Shown here: piece by piece, positions 9,084 through 18,471 of the stretch
How positions within the stretch are numbered: position 1 is the first letter of the stretch
Layout: every line of letters begins with the position of its first letter
DNA from: Acaryochloris marina MBIC11017
GTDB lineage: Bacteria; Cyanobacteriota; Cyanobacteriia; Thermosynechococcales; Thermosynechococcaceae
Reading direction: 5' to 3'
Length of the DNA stretch: 32,000 bases
NCBI RefSeq assembly: GCF_000018105.1
Contig: NC_009925.1
Location: forward strand, 4,170,001-4,202,000
The notes under the pieces: generated by a model
Database searches by the model: none
What the model was told of the DNA's origin: nothing
What the model saw: only the letters and a program-made list of their open reading frames with translations
Program-made: the position numbers and the translations under genes

Positions 9084-9719
9084 ATGAATAAAGTGACAAA
9101 AGAACAACTTGAAATGCATATTGCTGAGTCAACAGTCCATGATGCTGGGCCATACTCTAATCTTGAAGTCCCAGTAGTGATGTCCTATCCTGAACCGGAA
9201 TTCATGGCGAAGTGGGTTCATCCGTTCTATCTGACAAGCACCATGACTCGGTTTACTGAGTTTCAACATTCTTATTCTGAAATACGAAGCCAGATCGATT
9301 CAGCTTTGATTAGCAAACTTCTCACATATTTTAATTGGCGTCCACGTAAGGTTGGCTCATACTTCGCAGCCATTGAAAATTCCAAGGAGCATTGCCAGCA
9401 TATCGGTAGATTACTCCTACGTTCTGATGTCCGTTATGCGGGTCAGGCCCATGCATTAGCACTGGCTCAATTCAATACAAACGATTCCATTTCATATTTG
9501 TGTAAATATCTAGACCACTATCTACAGCATCCAGAACTCCAATTCGATCAAGGTGCTGTATATGGCGCTGTAGTCTACTTAGATACCCAAAATGGAACGA
9601 AACTAGCGAAGAAATACACCGAGCAGTGGCACAAATTTGCAAAGGGCAGCTCAAACTGTGTTGATGGCATGGCCAAGCTGCTTGAATCTATTAGGGGTTT
9701 ATCCAGTGGTCCCGCATAA
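9084..9719 (+). CDS. Hypothetical protein (211 aa), no family recognised
   Basis: This is a clean ORF with an ATG start. It is AT-rich: a hand count of 9081-9140 gives 20/60 G+C. It has no TM segment or signal peptide. Confidence 0.65.
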   Translation: MNKVTKEQLEMHIAESTVHDAGPYSNLEVPVVMSYPEPEFMAKWVHPFYLTSTMTRFTEFQHSYSEIRSQIDSALISKLLTYFNWRPRKVGSYFAAIENSKEHCQHIGRLLLRSDVRYAGQAHALALAQFNTNDSISYLCKYLDHYLQHPELQFDQGAVYGAVVYLDTQNGTKLAKKYTEQWHKFAKGSSNCVDGMAKLLESIRGLSSGPA

Positions 9720-9825
9720 TGGGACAAACGAAAAAAGCAAGCTCCACACTCTGCTCAAGTGTTAGTTGTCCAACGCTTGACGGAACCTGACACCCCAAGG
9801 ATCAGAAAGCCGAATATTTTCTCAA

Positions 9826-10764
9826 CTACGATTGCCGTTCCCGACTGAGCAAAGCCACACTAAAGGTGACCAAAATAACGCCGAAAATTTGCAGAGGCTT
9901 GAGGGTCTCTTGAATGGCGAACCAGGCCAGAACAACCGTTAACGCTGGATTGGTAGCCCCGATAATGGATGCCGTGGTGGCCCCAATTAAACGAATGCCC
10001 ATATTGTTGAGCAGATGCCCACTAGATGTGGCAATCGCTGACAACAAGCCCCCAATCCATAATGGCCCCCACTCAATGGCCTCAGGCTGTGTCCAGAACA
10101 GCAAGCTTAAACAGGACAAGACCAGCGTAACCGCAAAGCTAATCCAGGTATAGGGAATAGGATGGACCTGCTCAAAGCTTTTTTGAGCGAGAACCGTATA
10201 GATGGCATAGGCAACCCCTGAACCAATTCCCAAGCCAACCCCCAACGCATTAGCCGTTAATCCAGTTTGAGGAACCGTAAGGGCACTGCCGACCAGGACT
10301 AATCCCATGACCGTCCAGCGAAATCGGGAGGGCGCAGTACCAAAGAAGTACCAGGAGAGAAGGGCTGTAAAAACGGGAAAGGTGAAAAATAGGGTTAGGG
10401 CAATTCCGGTTGGAATCAGCCCCACTGAGAAATAGAGCAGTGCCAGGTAGAGGTACATAAATACGCCACCCAACAGAGATCGCATTAGGTCAGGACGATT
10501 CTGCTTTTGAGCCAGCTTTCTTAAGTCCCACCACAACGAAGGGTAAAACAGCGGTGTCATGGCTGATACCAACGGCACCACCCACACCATCCGCATCGCC
10601 ATTAACAAAAAAGAGTTGGGGAGAGAAGGGGCAACGAACCCTCCCGTTTGCAGCAGGCCAGCAACGGTGTATTCGTTAAAGAGAATGCGGACGATAACGT
10701 TTTGAAAACAAAAAAAGACGGCGCCCAGTAAGACGATCAGAAAACCAATCATAGTCTGGGGCAA
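9826..10764 (-). CDS. DMT-superfamily (EamA-type) permease
   Basis: The protein has about 10 hydrophobic helices in two similar halves. The ORF begins at a TTG at 10764, but the ATG at 10752 (MIGFLIVLLG) is the more likely start. Confidence 0.85.
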   Translation of the reverse strand: MPQTMIGFLIVLLGAVFFCFQNVIVRILFNEYTVAGLLQTGGFVAPSLPNSFLLMAMRMVWVVPLVSAMTPLFYPSLWWDLRKLAQKQNRPDLMRSLLGGVFMYLYLALLYFSVGLIPTGIALTLFFTFPVFTALLSWYFFGTAPSRFRWTVMGLVLVGSALTVPQTGLTANALGVGLGIGSGVAYAIYTVLAQKSFEQVHPIPYTWISFAVTLVLSCLSLLFWTQPEAIEWGPLWIGGLLSAIATSSGHLLNNMGIRLIGATTASIIGATNPALTVVLAWFAIQETLKPLQIFGVILVTFSVALLSRERQS

Positions 10765-11066
10765 CTCATAAATCAGCCTTTACAAAGGTCGGCTTGATTT
10801 TAGGTAAGGCACCTTTTATCTTTTGCAAACAATCCATGGGGTGGAAAAATAGGTAGTCAAAATTTATTCTTGAGAGTATTTTTACAGAAAATTTTTCTGA
10901 ATATTAGTTGTATCGCGTTATAGGTACAACACATCAAAAATGAACAAAATAAATCTCTTAAAATCTTTACGGGAAGCGGATCGCAATAAATTTATTCTCG
11001 TAAGATGAAAGCCTAAAACAATGGTGTCAACCTAACGAGTCATTTTTAACCACTGAATATCTCTAG

Positions 11067-11097
11067 AAAAACTCATATATTTCTCATAAAAACTCAT
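11067..11097. promoter_or_regulatory. Phased CTCAT / AAAAACTCAT repeats upstream of the Cys-repeat gene
   Basis: AAAAACTCAT occurs at 11067-11076 and again at 11088-11097. A third CTCAT lies at 11083-11087. CTCAT therefore starts at 11072, 11083 and 11093, about one helical turn apart and about 90-115 nt upstream of the ATG at 11185. Confidence 0.25.
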
Positions 11098-11184
11098 TTA
11101 GTCTTCAGGCTACCCTTATTCAACTTCTTTTAACTATTTAAGAGTAGGTTTTGAACCGACCCATTGATTTCTGGAGTTCTATGT

Positions 11185-11508
11185 ATGAAAGTCAAATATT
11201 TAGCGTTACTGGCCTCTACCTCTATGTTGACCGTTGGGGTCGCCACAACAACTCTCATTTCTCCCCCAACCCATGCTAATCCTTGCGCTGCTGCCGTAGA
11301 TAATCCCTGTGCTGCCAAGAATCCTTGTGCTGCTAAAGACCCCTGTGCGGCTAAGAACCCCTGTGCTGCTAAAGACCCTTGCGCTGCCAAGAACCCCTGC
11401 GCCGCCAAAGACCCCTGTGCTGCCAAGAATCCCTGCGCTGCTAAAGACCCCTGTGCGGCTAAGAACCCCTGCGCCGCCAAAGACCCTTGTGCTGCTAAAA
11501 GCTACTAA
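11185..11508 (+). CDS. Secreted cysteine-repeat protein: signal peptide followed by NPCAAAVD + 11 x (N/D)PCAAK + SY
   Basis: The ATG at 11185 gives MKVKYLALLASTSMLTVGVATTTLISPPTHA, a Sec-type signal ending in an AXA-like THA. It is followed only by hexapeptide repeats. The gene has the same orientation as the downstream YHS-domain gene. Confidence 0.7.
   Translation: MKVKYLALLASTSMLTVGVATTTLISPPTHANPCAAAVDNPCAAKNPCAAKDPCAAKNPCAAKDPCAAKNPCAAKDPCAAKNPCAAKDPCAAKNPCAAKDPCAAKSY
11302..11499 (+). repeat. Tandem 18-bp (36-bp super-period) coding repeat, 11 copies
   Basis: The repeat alternates aaY ccN tgY gcN gcN aaR and gac ccN tgY gcN gcN aaR. The copies differ only at third codon positions. A degenerate leading copy lies at 11278-11301. 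Confidence 0.95.
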
Positions 11509-11622
11509 CTCATCTCTAGTAATGAGGGTGCTTTAAGTGCAGCATTATTCTTTGCTTATGTAAGTGCCCTCAAGTTGTTGAGTGGTCAGTCACAGCTGTT
11601 TTGAAATACTAAGTTTTGACTG

Positions 11623-12180
11623 ATGTATTGTTTTGGAGCAAAATCCGTGAACCCAAACCGTCTGCCTAAAATCGCCTTATCTTCTATCGTACTTTTGGGG
11701 GTGGTTTCTACCGTTCCCTCTATTACTCGCACCGGAGAAATAGCAACTGCTAATCCAGCATCTGAAGCTGCTGCCCCTACTGCAGCTATTTTTGCGGAAG
11801 ATGGGATTGCTATTCGCGGAACGGATCCAGTGGCATACTTTACAGAAGGTCGTCCTGTCCAAGGGGTCCAAGACTATGCCTATGAGTGGCAAGGGGTAAC
11901 CTGGCTATTTGCCAATGCCAAGCATCGAGACTTATTTGCGAGTAATCCAGAAGCCTATGCTCCTCAATATGGTGGATTCTGTGCCTATGGGGTGAGCCAA
12001 GGGGCGTTAGTTGCAATTGTGCCGGAAGCCTGGGCAATCGTGGATGGCAAGCTGTATTTGAACTTTAGTGCGGATGTGCAGCAGCTTTGGCAAGAAGATA
12101 TTCCTGGCTATATTTCCCAAGCGAATCAAACTTGGCCGACGTTAGCCTCTAAAAACGCCCAAAGCAACCTATCTTATTAG
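11623..12180 (+). CDS. Secreted/anchored YHS-domain-containing protein
   Basis: 185 aa. It has an N-terminal hydrophobic segment (KIALSSIVLLGVVSTVPS), followed by GTDPVAYFTEGRPVQG, WQGVTWLFANAKHRDLFASNPEAYAPQYGGFCAYGV and DGKLYLNF. This is typical of the family annotated as YHS domain-containing (seleno)protein. An alternative GTG start at 11647 is preceded by GGAG. Confidence 0.8.
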   Translation: MYCFGAKSVNPNRLPKIALSSIVLLGVVSTVPSITRTGEIATANPASEAAAPTAAIFAEDGIAIRGTDPVAYFTEGRPVQGVQDYAYEWQGVTWLFANAKHRDLFASNPEAYAPQYGGFCAYGVSQGALVAIVPEAWAIVDGKLYLNFSADVQQLWQEDIPGYISQANQTWPTLASKNAQSNLSY

Positions 12181-12263
12181 TCAGGGTTGGAGAAATCTGA
12201 ACAGCCCTTTTTAGCTATGGGGTGTAAGCAGTGAACTTTTTGCTCAAGATAGGGTTATTCAAT

Positions 12264-15200
12264 CTAACCTGCTTCTACTAAAGCTTTCTCGACTTCAGGT
12301 AAGGCACCCTTCATTTTGCCTAGCCAGTCGATCAGGCTTTCCAATTGGCGGTCGGCTTTCATAACGCCAAGCCCTCGGACCGTTACCTTACCGGGGAAGT
12401 ATACGAAACGCGATCGCAAATGTTCAGGTAGATTCTCCTTTAGTAACTTAAAGGCGGGTTCTTCCATTGGCGTTTCCAGCATCACATGCTGTTTATCCTC
12501 TGGTTTGATCCGCGAGAAGCCCAAGGATTTTGCCAACTGCTTAAGTTCCATAATCCGCAATAGCTGTTGGGCTGAATCGGGAATCGGACCATAGCGATCG
12601 TTCCAGTCCACGGCGGTTTGGGTAAGGTCGGCTTTGGTCTCTGCTGAAGCCACCGCCCGATAGGCACTCATCTTTTGATCCAAATCGGTAATGTAATCGG
12701 CGGGAATAAAGGCCGTCAGATTGAGATCCACCTGGGCCTCATCTACCTGAGGAATTTCTTGACCGCGAATTTCATTGATGGACTCGTCCAGCATCTCCAT
12801 ATAGAGGTCAAAGCCGATGGCCTCCATTTGCCCGGACTGTTCCGCCCCTAGCAAATTACCGACGCCCCGAATTTCCATATCCCGCACCGCCAACTGATAG
12901 CCGGACCCAAGCTGGCTAAACTCTTGTAGCGCCCGGAGCCGCTTGCGAGCCTTCTCCGTCAGTGAACTTTGATTGGGATAAAACAGCCAGGCGTGGGCTT
13001 GAATCCCAGCGCGCCCCACCCGACCTCGGAGCTGATAGAGCTGGGAGAGGCCAAACTTTTGGGCATCTTCGATCAAAATCGTATTGACGCGGGGAATATC
13101 CAGTCCCGATTCAATAATGGTGGTGCAGACTAGGATTTCGGCATCGCCATTGCTAAAGGTGAGCATCGTCGCCTCCAACTCCCCCTCTACCATTTGACCG
13201 TGGGCAATGGCAATCCGCGCACTGGGCACCATTTCCCGCAGCTTACCCGCCACTTCTTCGATTCCTTCCACTCGGGGCACCACATAAAAAATCTGGCCGC
13301 CTCGGTCTAGCTCTTGGCGAACAGCACTGCGAATCGATTCTGGATCGTAGGGAGACAGATGGGTTTTAATCGGACGACGAGAAGGGGGTGGAGTGGTAAT
13401 CAGGCTCATTTCTCGTACCCCAGATAGGGCCATATATAAGGTACGAGGGATGGGGGTGGCGCTAAGGGTGAGCACATCCACTTGGGTTTTTAGGGTTTTG
13501 ATTTTCTCTTTTTGGTTCACCCCAAACCGCTGCTCTTCGTCGATCACCAGCAGGCCCAAATCCCGGAAGTTGACGCTTTTGCCTAGGAGTTGATGGGTGC
13601 CAACGACAATATCTAACTCCCCGGTTTTGAGGCGGTTTTGAATGTCTTTGCGTTCTTCGGCACTGCGGAACCGATTGAGGAGACCGATTTGAATCGGGTA
13701 GGGGGCAAAGCGTTCTTTTAGGGTGTGGTAGTGCTGCTGGGTGAGAATGGTCGTAGGTGCGAGAAAAGCTACCTGTTTACCTGCAGTCACTGCTTTAAAT
13801 ACCGCACGGGTGGCTACTTCGGTTTTACCAAACCCGACATCCCCACACACCAGCCGATCCATCGGGCGAGGATTTTCCATATCCCGCTTGACGTCTTGGG
13901 CGGCTTTGAGCTGGTCGGCGGTGGGCTGATAGGGGAAGGAGTCTTCCATCTCTTCTTGCCAGGGCTGATCGAGGGGAAAGGTAAATCCCTCCTGCTGAGC
14001 CCGCTGGGCATAGAGCTTGAGCAGATCCACCGCCAGCTTTTTAATGGACTTGCGAACCTTATTCTTGGTTTTCTCCCAGGCTTTCCCCGACATTTTATTC
14101 AGCTGGGGGCGCCCTTCTCCGGTATTGCGAAATCGAGATAAGGAGCCTAATTGATCCGCCGCGACTCGCAAAGTGCCATCGGCGTATTGCAATACCAAAT
14201 ATTCACGGGTCTCGTGATTAAGAGTCAGACTTTCTAATTTCAGGAACTTGCCAATGCCATGATTTCGGTGAACGACAAAATCTCCCGGTTGGAGCTTGTT
14301 CGGATCGACTTTTTTAGAGGTGGCTCGTCGCCGTTTGCGAATATAGGTGGGAGTTGCCAGGGTATGCTGACCGAAAAACTCGCGGTCTGTAATCACCACC
14401 GTGCGGAAGGTGGGCAGCACAAAGCCTTCGAGTTCTGCTAACCCAGAATATTTAAGGGCAACGGGAGTGTGATACTCCTGCAATTTGTCGATGGCGAGGT
14501 AATCTTTGGGATTGGGTACAAACTGGGCAGGACAGTCATGCTCCTGCAACAGGGCCACGGATCGAGAGGGTTGAGCGGAGATGAGCCAGATACTGAATTT
14601 GCGATCGCGCTCCTCCCTAATAGTCTCGGCCAACTTGCCAAACTGGTGAGGCACTGCAGGCACGGTCCGACTGGAAAGGTTTAAGCCACCCTTCTCCTCC
14701 GCCAACTCCGACAAAAAGACTCGCTCAAACACTTCAATTTGATCCAGAGCGGCCTCGAAATCTTGGTGCAGCTTCGGCAGCGGAGCCTCCGGTAAACTCA
14801 CGGACTCCCATTGCTCTTGGGCATGTTCTACCCAGCGATTGCTATGAGGACGACATTGCATGGGTTCATCGACAACCACCAGCGTATTTTCCGGCAGGTA
14901 ATCTAATAGAGAAGCAGGCGTCTCAAAGGCCATCCCCAGGAACCGCTGACTACCTTCTAAGGTTCCAGTTTCTAAGAGAGCCAGTTCCTCTTCTGTTAAG
15001 TAGGCTTTGACTTGGGCCTGTTGGGCTTCACTTAGAGACGCTAAGGTAATCGGGGCAAAGCTAGTCGGCGTCAGAGTGAGCTTTTCACTACTATCCAAAG
15101 ACCGCTGACTGGTGGGGTCAAACTCCCGCATTTTATCCAGCTCATCCCCAAACCACTCCAACCGAATGGGCAGCTCGGAAGCCACGGGAAAAATATCGAC

Positions 15201-15758
15201 AATGTCCCCGCGCCGACTCCATTGGCCTTCAGTCTCCACTAGGGAGACCCGCTCATATCCAAGTCGCGCCAGCTTATCACTCAGGGTTTTCAGGTCTAGC
15301 TCAATCCCCGCTTCCAAGCTCAGGCAATAAGGTTCAAAGATCTGCACGGGAGGTAAGTGGGGTTGCAAGGCTCGTTCCGTGGTCACAATCGCTAAAGGCG
15401 CAGCCTCAGGATTGGCATTGAGCTTCAGCGTTTCAGCCAAGACCTGCAATTGCCCCCAGATCATCTCGGATTCTCGATCTAAGGATTCATAGGGAGAGGC
15501 TTCGGAGGTGGGATAAAAATAAACCGTCTGCCAGCCCATGGCTTCAAGCTGGGTGGCCCAGCGTCCAGCTTCTTCTAGGGTGGCGGTGACTACAAACAAA
15601 TGCTGCTGTCGCTGTTGGGCGAGGGCGGAGGCAACCAGTCCCTTGGGTAAGCGGGGCACACCACATAACTCTAAGACTCGCTGCTCTTTCAATTTCAGCA
15701 GCAATTCTTCCGATAGGCGAGAACGCCCCAAGGCTTGCACGATTGCAGAAAAACTCAT
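12264..15758 (-). CDS. mfd: Transcription-repair coupling factor Mfd
   Basis: 1164 aa. It has a UvrB-homology N-terminus, a CarD-like RNAP-interaction domain ([14 protein letters not shown]), SF2 helicase motifs ([27 protein letters not shown]) and a TRG-type region (QLRGRVGR). Confidence 0.97.
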   Translation of the reverse strand: MSFSAIVQALGRSRLSEELLLKLKEQRVLELCGVPRLPKGLVASALAQQRQQHLFVVTATLEEAGRWATQLEAMGWQTVYFYPTSEASPYESLDRESEMIWGQLQVLAETLKLNANPEAAPLAIVTTERALQPHLPPVQIFEPYCLSLEAGIELDLKTLSDKLARLGYERVSLVETEGQWSRRGDIVDIFPVASELPIRLEWFGDELDKMREFDPTSQRSLDSSEKLTLTPTSFAPITLASLSEAQQAQVKAYLTEEELALLETGTLEGSQRFLGMAFETPASLLDYLPENTLVVVDEPMQCRPHSNRWVEHAQEQWESVSLPEAPLPKLHQDFEAALDQIEVFERVFLSELAEEKGGLNLSSRTVPAVPHQFGKLAETIREERDRKFSIWLISAQPSRSVALLQEHDCPAQFVPNPKDYLAIDKLQEYHTPVALKYSGLAELEGFVLPTFRTVVITDREFFGQHTLATPTYIRKRRRATSKKVDPNKLQPGDFVVHRNHGIGKFLKLESLTLNHETREYLVLQYADGTLRVAADQLGSLSRFRNTGEGRPQLNKMSGKAWEKTKNKVRKSIKKLAVDLLKLYAQRAQQEGFTFPLDQPWQEEMEDSFPYQPTADQLKAAQDVKRDMENPRPMDRLVCGDVGFGKTEVATRAVFKAVTAGKQVAFLAPTTILTQQHYHTLKERFAPYPIQIGLLNRFRSAEERKDIQNRLKTGELDIVVGTHQLLGKSVNFRDLGLLVIDEEQRFGVNQKEKIKTLKTQVDVLTLSATPIPRTLYMALSGVREMSLITTPPPSRRPIKTHLSPYDPESIRSAVRQELDRGGQIFYVVPRVEGIEEVAGKLREMVPSARIAIAHGQMVEGELEATMLTFSNGDAEILVCTTIIESGLDIPRVNTILIEDAQKFGLSQLYQLRGRVGRAGIQAHAWLFYPNQSSLTEKARKRLRALQEFSQLGSGYQLAVRDMEIRGVGNLLGAEQSGQMEAIGFDLYMEMLDESINEIRGQEIPQVDEAQVDLNLTAFIPADYITDLDQKMSAYRAVASAETKADLTQTAVDWNDRYGPIPDSAQQLLRIMELKQLAKSLGFSRIKPEDKQHVMLETPMEEPAFKLLKENLPEHLRSRFVYFPGKVTVRGLGVMKADRQLESLIDWLGKMKGALPEVEKALVEAG

Positions 15759-15981
15759 GATTGCTTATTCCCCTGCTGCAGTCATCGGCAGCAGGCACCC
15801 TTTTTTCAACGCTTTACCAAACCATAGGATAACAAGGCTAGGTCAGCCATGTTGGAAATAATGGTCATCCTTCTTAGGCTACTGGTCAATCTAGTCTCTA
15901 AAGTAGCCAATACCTTTTGCTTACAAACTCTCTGGCATGGAAGTTTTTCTGTGACAGAGAACTATCTCTTCAGTTAAACGG

Positions 15982-16683
15982 CTATAAAGACCAGGAAATG
16001 GGCTCAATGCCATTCTTTTGCAAATACGCATTAGCTTTAGAAAAATGCTGGTTGCCAAAGAAGCCCCGATGGGCGGATAGCGGTGATGGGTGGGGCGAGG
16101 TTAAAACTAGGTGCCGTCGACGGTCAATGATTTTCCCTTTCTGTTGGGCATAACTGCCCCATAGCAGAAATACAAGATGTTCGCGCTGTTGGTTTAAGGC
16201 ACTGATAATGGCATCGGTAAATTGCTCCCAACCTTTGTTTCGATGAGAGGCAGCTTTATGCTGCTCTACGGTGAGGACACTATTGAGTAGTAAAACACCT
16301 TGGGCTGCCCAACTTTGCAGGCAACCGTGTCTAGGTGGTTTAATCCCCAGGTCTTGTTCAATTTCTTTAAAAATATTGACTAAAGAAGGGGGTGGTGCAA
16401 CGCCCTCTGGAACGGAAAAGCATAAACCATGAGCTTGCCTGGGACCGTGATAGGGGTCTTGGCCAAGAATCACAACTTTGACGTGATCAAAAGGGGTACT
16501 ATCCATGGCATTGAACATCAGTGAGCCACGGGGGTAAATCGTTTTGCCAGCAGCCTTTTCTGCCTTGAGAAACTGTTTTAGCTCCTGCATATAGGACATG
16601 GCAAATACATGCTCCAGCACAGCTTTCCAGCTGGGGTCAAGTTTAATCGTGCTGCTAGAGGAGGGAGTGGCTTCTGTTGTCAT
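15982..16683 (-). CDS. ung: Uracil-DNA glycosylase (family 1)
   Basis: 233 aa. It has the catalytic GQDPYHG motif, LLLNSVLTV, and the HPSPLSA leucine-loop motif. Confidence 0.95.
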   Translation of the reverse strand: MTTEATPSSSSTIKLDPSWKAVLEHVFAMSYMQELKQFLKAEKAAGKTIYPRGSLMFNAMDSTPFDHVKVVILGQDPYHGPRQAHGLCFSVPEGVAPPPSLVNIFKEIEQDLGIKPPRHGCLQSWAAQGVLLLNSVLTVEQHKAASHRNKGWEQFTDAIISALNQQREHLVFLLWGSYAQQKGKIIDRRRHLVLTSPHPSPLSAHRGFFGNQHFSKANAYLQKNGIEPISWSL

Positions 16684-16992
16684 AAGAGGATCTGTCTGTC
16701 AAAGAAGAAGGAAATTCACTGATTTGGGGTTGTTTGGCAAAGGCGCAGTACTAAGGCTATTCAGCACCAATTAGTTGAGCTGCAACTTGAGTAACGAAAT
16801 ATTCATTACAACTATAGGGCCTTATCGGTAGAGTCTTAATGCGATCTCACCTTCAAAAGCCTTCATTCGTAATCGATACTATATTGACTTAAAAGATAAA
16901 TTGAAGTGTTTTTTTAACAGTCTGGCGAAATAATTCCTGTGATTCTCTAATCAAGAGTCAAAAATAATAGAGTTAGTGATTAAATAAGACAC

Positions 16993-17607
16993 TCAAAAAT
17001 CGATTCCACTTTCAGCGACTTTTTTTGCAATGATAGACGATAAAAATTTATTTACCGTTATTTCCAAAGTTTCTGCTCGTCTCAATAACTCATGCTTTAT
17101 GCATGGACACAACTCGTTCATCTCTAAGCTCATGGTATCTTCATAAGCCTTGGCTTTTGATGGCTCTGGCGCCCAAAGACGGACTAACTTATATAAGTGT
17201 ACTTTACCATTGAGGAAAGAAAGTAATGTTGGCAGCTTATCAAGGTCACTGCGGAAGAAACCAATAAATCCATCTGAATTGCTAATAGATGCAAGCCATG
17301 GAAATAGCAGATACCAAACATTACTAAACTCATCATCACTAGAGAGTCTGCGAACAGTGAGTTGATTGTTGTGAAAAGTACTTCCAAAATGTCCAGGTGG
17401 ATATTGTTCTCCTGCGACTGGATAATTATTTAGTATGGTTCGCCAGGGAATCCAATGCAAAGTGTCTTGAAAAAGGGGATGATCAATCCTGGGAGTTTCA
17501 AAAGTATATTCCTCCGAACGGGGCATATAGCGGAGGGTATTGCCTATTTCTTGTGAGACAGTATTCTTGATGCTGCAATCCATCGCAAATTCATAACAGA
17601 TACCCAT
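16993..17607 (-). CDS. Hypothetical protein (204 aa)
   Basis: This is an AT-rich ORF with no family recognised. The C-terminal ~45 aa (ELLRRAETLEITVNKFLSSIIAKKVAESG) look like a short helical or RHH-like tail, which is speculative. Confidence 0.55.
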   Translation of the reverse strand: MGICYEFAMDCSIKNTVSQEIGNTLRYMPRSEEYTFETPRIDHPLFQDTLHWIPWRTILNNYPVAGEQYPPGHFGSTFHNNQLTVRRLSSDDEFSNVWYLLFPWLASISNSDGFIGFFRSDLDKLPTLLSFLNGKVHLYKLVRLWAPEPSKAKAYEDTMSLEMNELCPCIKHELLRRAETLEITVNKFLSSIIAKKVAESGIDF

Positions 17608-17671
17608 ATGTTCACTGTTGTTGACGTGACATCTATATTCTCTGAAGTAGCTAATCGGGATAGTTTCTTAC

Positions 17672-17947
17672 TCAACTTCTATCTTGAGATGCTTCCAAAA
17701 AATACTCATAACAACCAAAATCAAATATGACTTGACTAAGTAGCAAGCGACTCAAATATCTAACGTGCTCTTCTTTTAGTGGATAGACAAAAACCATCTC
17801 TGGGTCTCCAGAAAGATCGAGACCGAATTCTATACTGAAGCTTTTGGGGTCAAAGTTTATGAGCTTGTATTCTTCAATAAAACTGTCTCCTTGGCGTTCG
17901 TAGACAGATAAGTAATGACAAGCTTTATGGGCAGGAGACTTGAGCAT
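17672..17947 (-). CDS. Small hypothetical protein (91 aa)
   Basis: This is an AT-rich ORF on the same strand as, and closely spaced with, its neighbours. No family could be assigned with confidence. Confidence 0.5.
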   Translation of the reverse strand: MLKSPAHKACHYLSVYERQGDSFIEEYKLINFDPKSFSIEFGLDLSGDPEMVFVYPLKEEHVRYLSRLLLSQVIFDFGCYEYFLEASQDRS

Positions 17948-17998
17948 ATGCGTACAGTATCAACAGATATCGGACTTTAGCGTAGCTATTGGACAGGC

Positions 17999-18436
17999 TC
18001 AATCAGTGACTGTGAGTTTAATATTGGCACCGTCTGGCAAGTCTTTTATCTGTTCCGCAAGATCGCCTGAGTATGCGATGACTTCTGCACGAGTCATAGT
18101 GTCGATATTATCTCGACTATATGCCCCTCCCCAAATACTAGGAACCTTCAAACAATAACAGTGTTCAGGTGGGAGCTTGCCGTAGAGTTCTTGCCCTATC
18201 TCAATAAGTGTGGACATTTCCCAATCGGTACGAAACTCTTCGTCATTAGAGAGTTCGTCCATCTCTTCAGCATTTGTAGCAATGATTTCACAGTACAGAT
18301 CTTCAGGACAAATTCGCCAGTATGTACCTACATCATCGAGAACAATCAAATTTCCAAAGTCATTTTGCGCGACAATCTTAGCCGCTTGAATCCCACACCA
18401 ACTCCAAGATTTCTGAACTGTGACCAGTAAATCCAT
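17999..18436 (-). CDS. Tdi1/DUF1851-like (T6SS-immunity-type) small protein
   Basis: 145 aa. The pattern FGNLIVLDDVGTYWRICPEDL, then CLKVPSIWGGAYSRDNI, then ...YSGDLAEQIKDLPDGA resembles the DUF1851 / Tdi1 C-terminal domain as I remember it. Confidence 0.55.
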   Translation of the reverse strand: MDLLVTVQKSWSWCGIQAAKIVAQNDFGNLIVLDDVGTYWRICPEDLYCEIIATNAEEMDELSNDEEFRTDWEMSTLIEIGQELYGKLPPEHCYCLKVPSIWGGAYSRDNIDTMTRAEVIAYSGDLAEQIKDLPDGANIKLTVTD

Positions 18437-18471
18437 ATTCTGAACTCAGGTTACGTAAAAGAGTGATCAAC

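Noticed and set aside
11130-11480. A 116-aa minus-strand ORF translating the repeat as AAQGFLAAQGSL...
   Set aside because: It is an antisense shadow of the Cys-repeat gene. It has no signal peptide or sensible N-terminus, it starts inside the repeat, and its non-repeat tail looks random. The + strand frame has a classic signal peptide and is co-oriented with the YHS gene. One caveat applies: the wobble positions of the two frames coincide, so the synonymous-variation argument alone does not pick the strand.
11278-11499. The regular 18/36-bp repeat array as a possible CRISPR or non-coding satellite
   Set aside because: There are no unique spacers between the repeats. The period is a multiple of three and lies fully inside an ORF with a signal peptide. 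Variation is confined to third codon positions.
12181-12263. A terminator between the YHS-domain gene and the convergent mfd gene
   Set aside because: Only a 4-5-bp stem (AGGG...CCCT followed by TTTTT at about 12184-12213) could be drawn. This is too weak to call.
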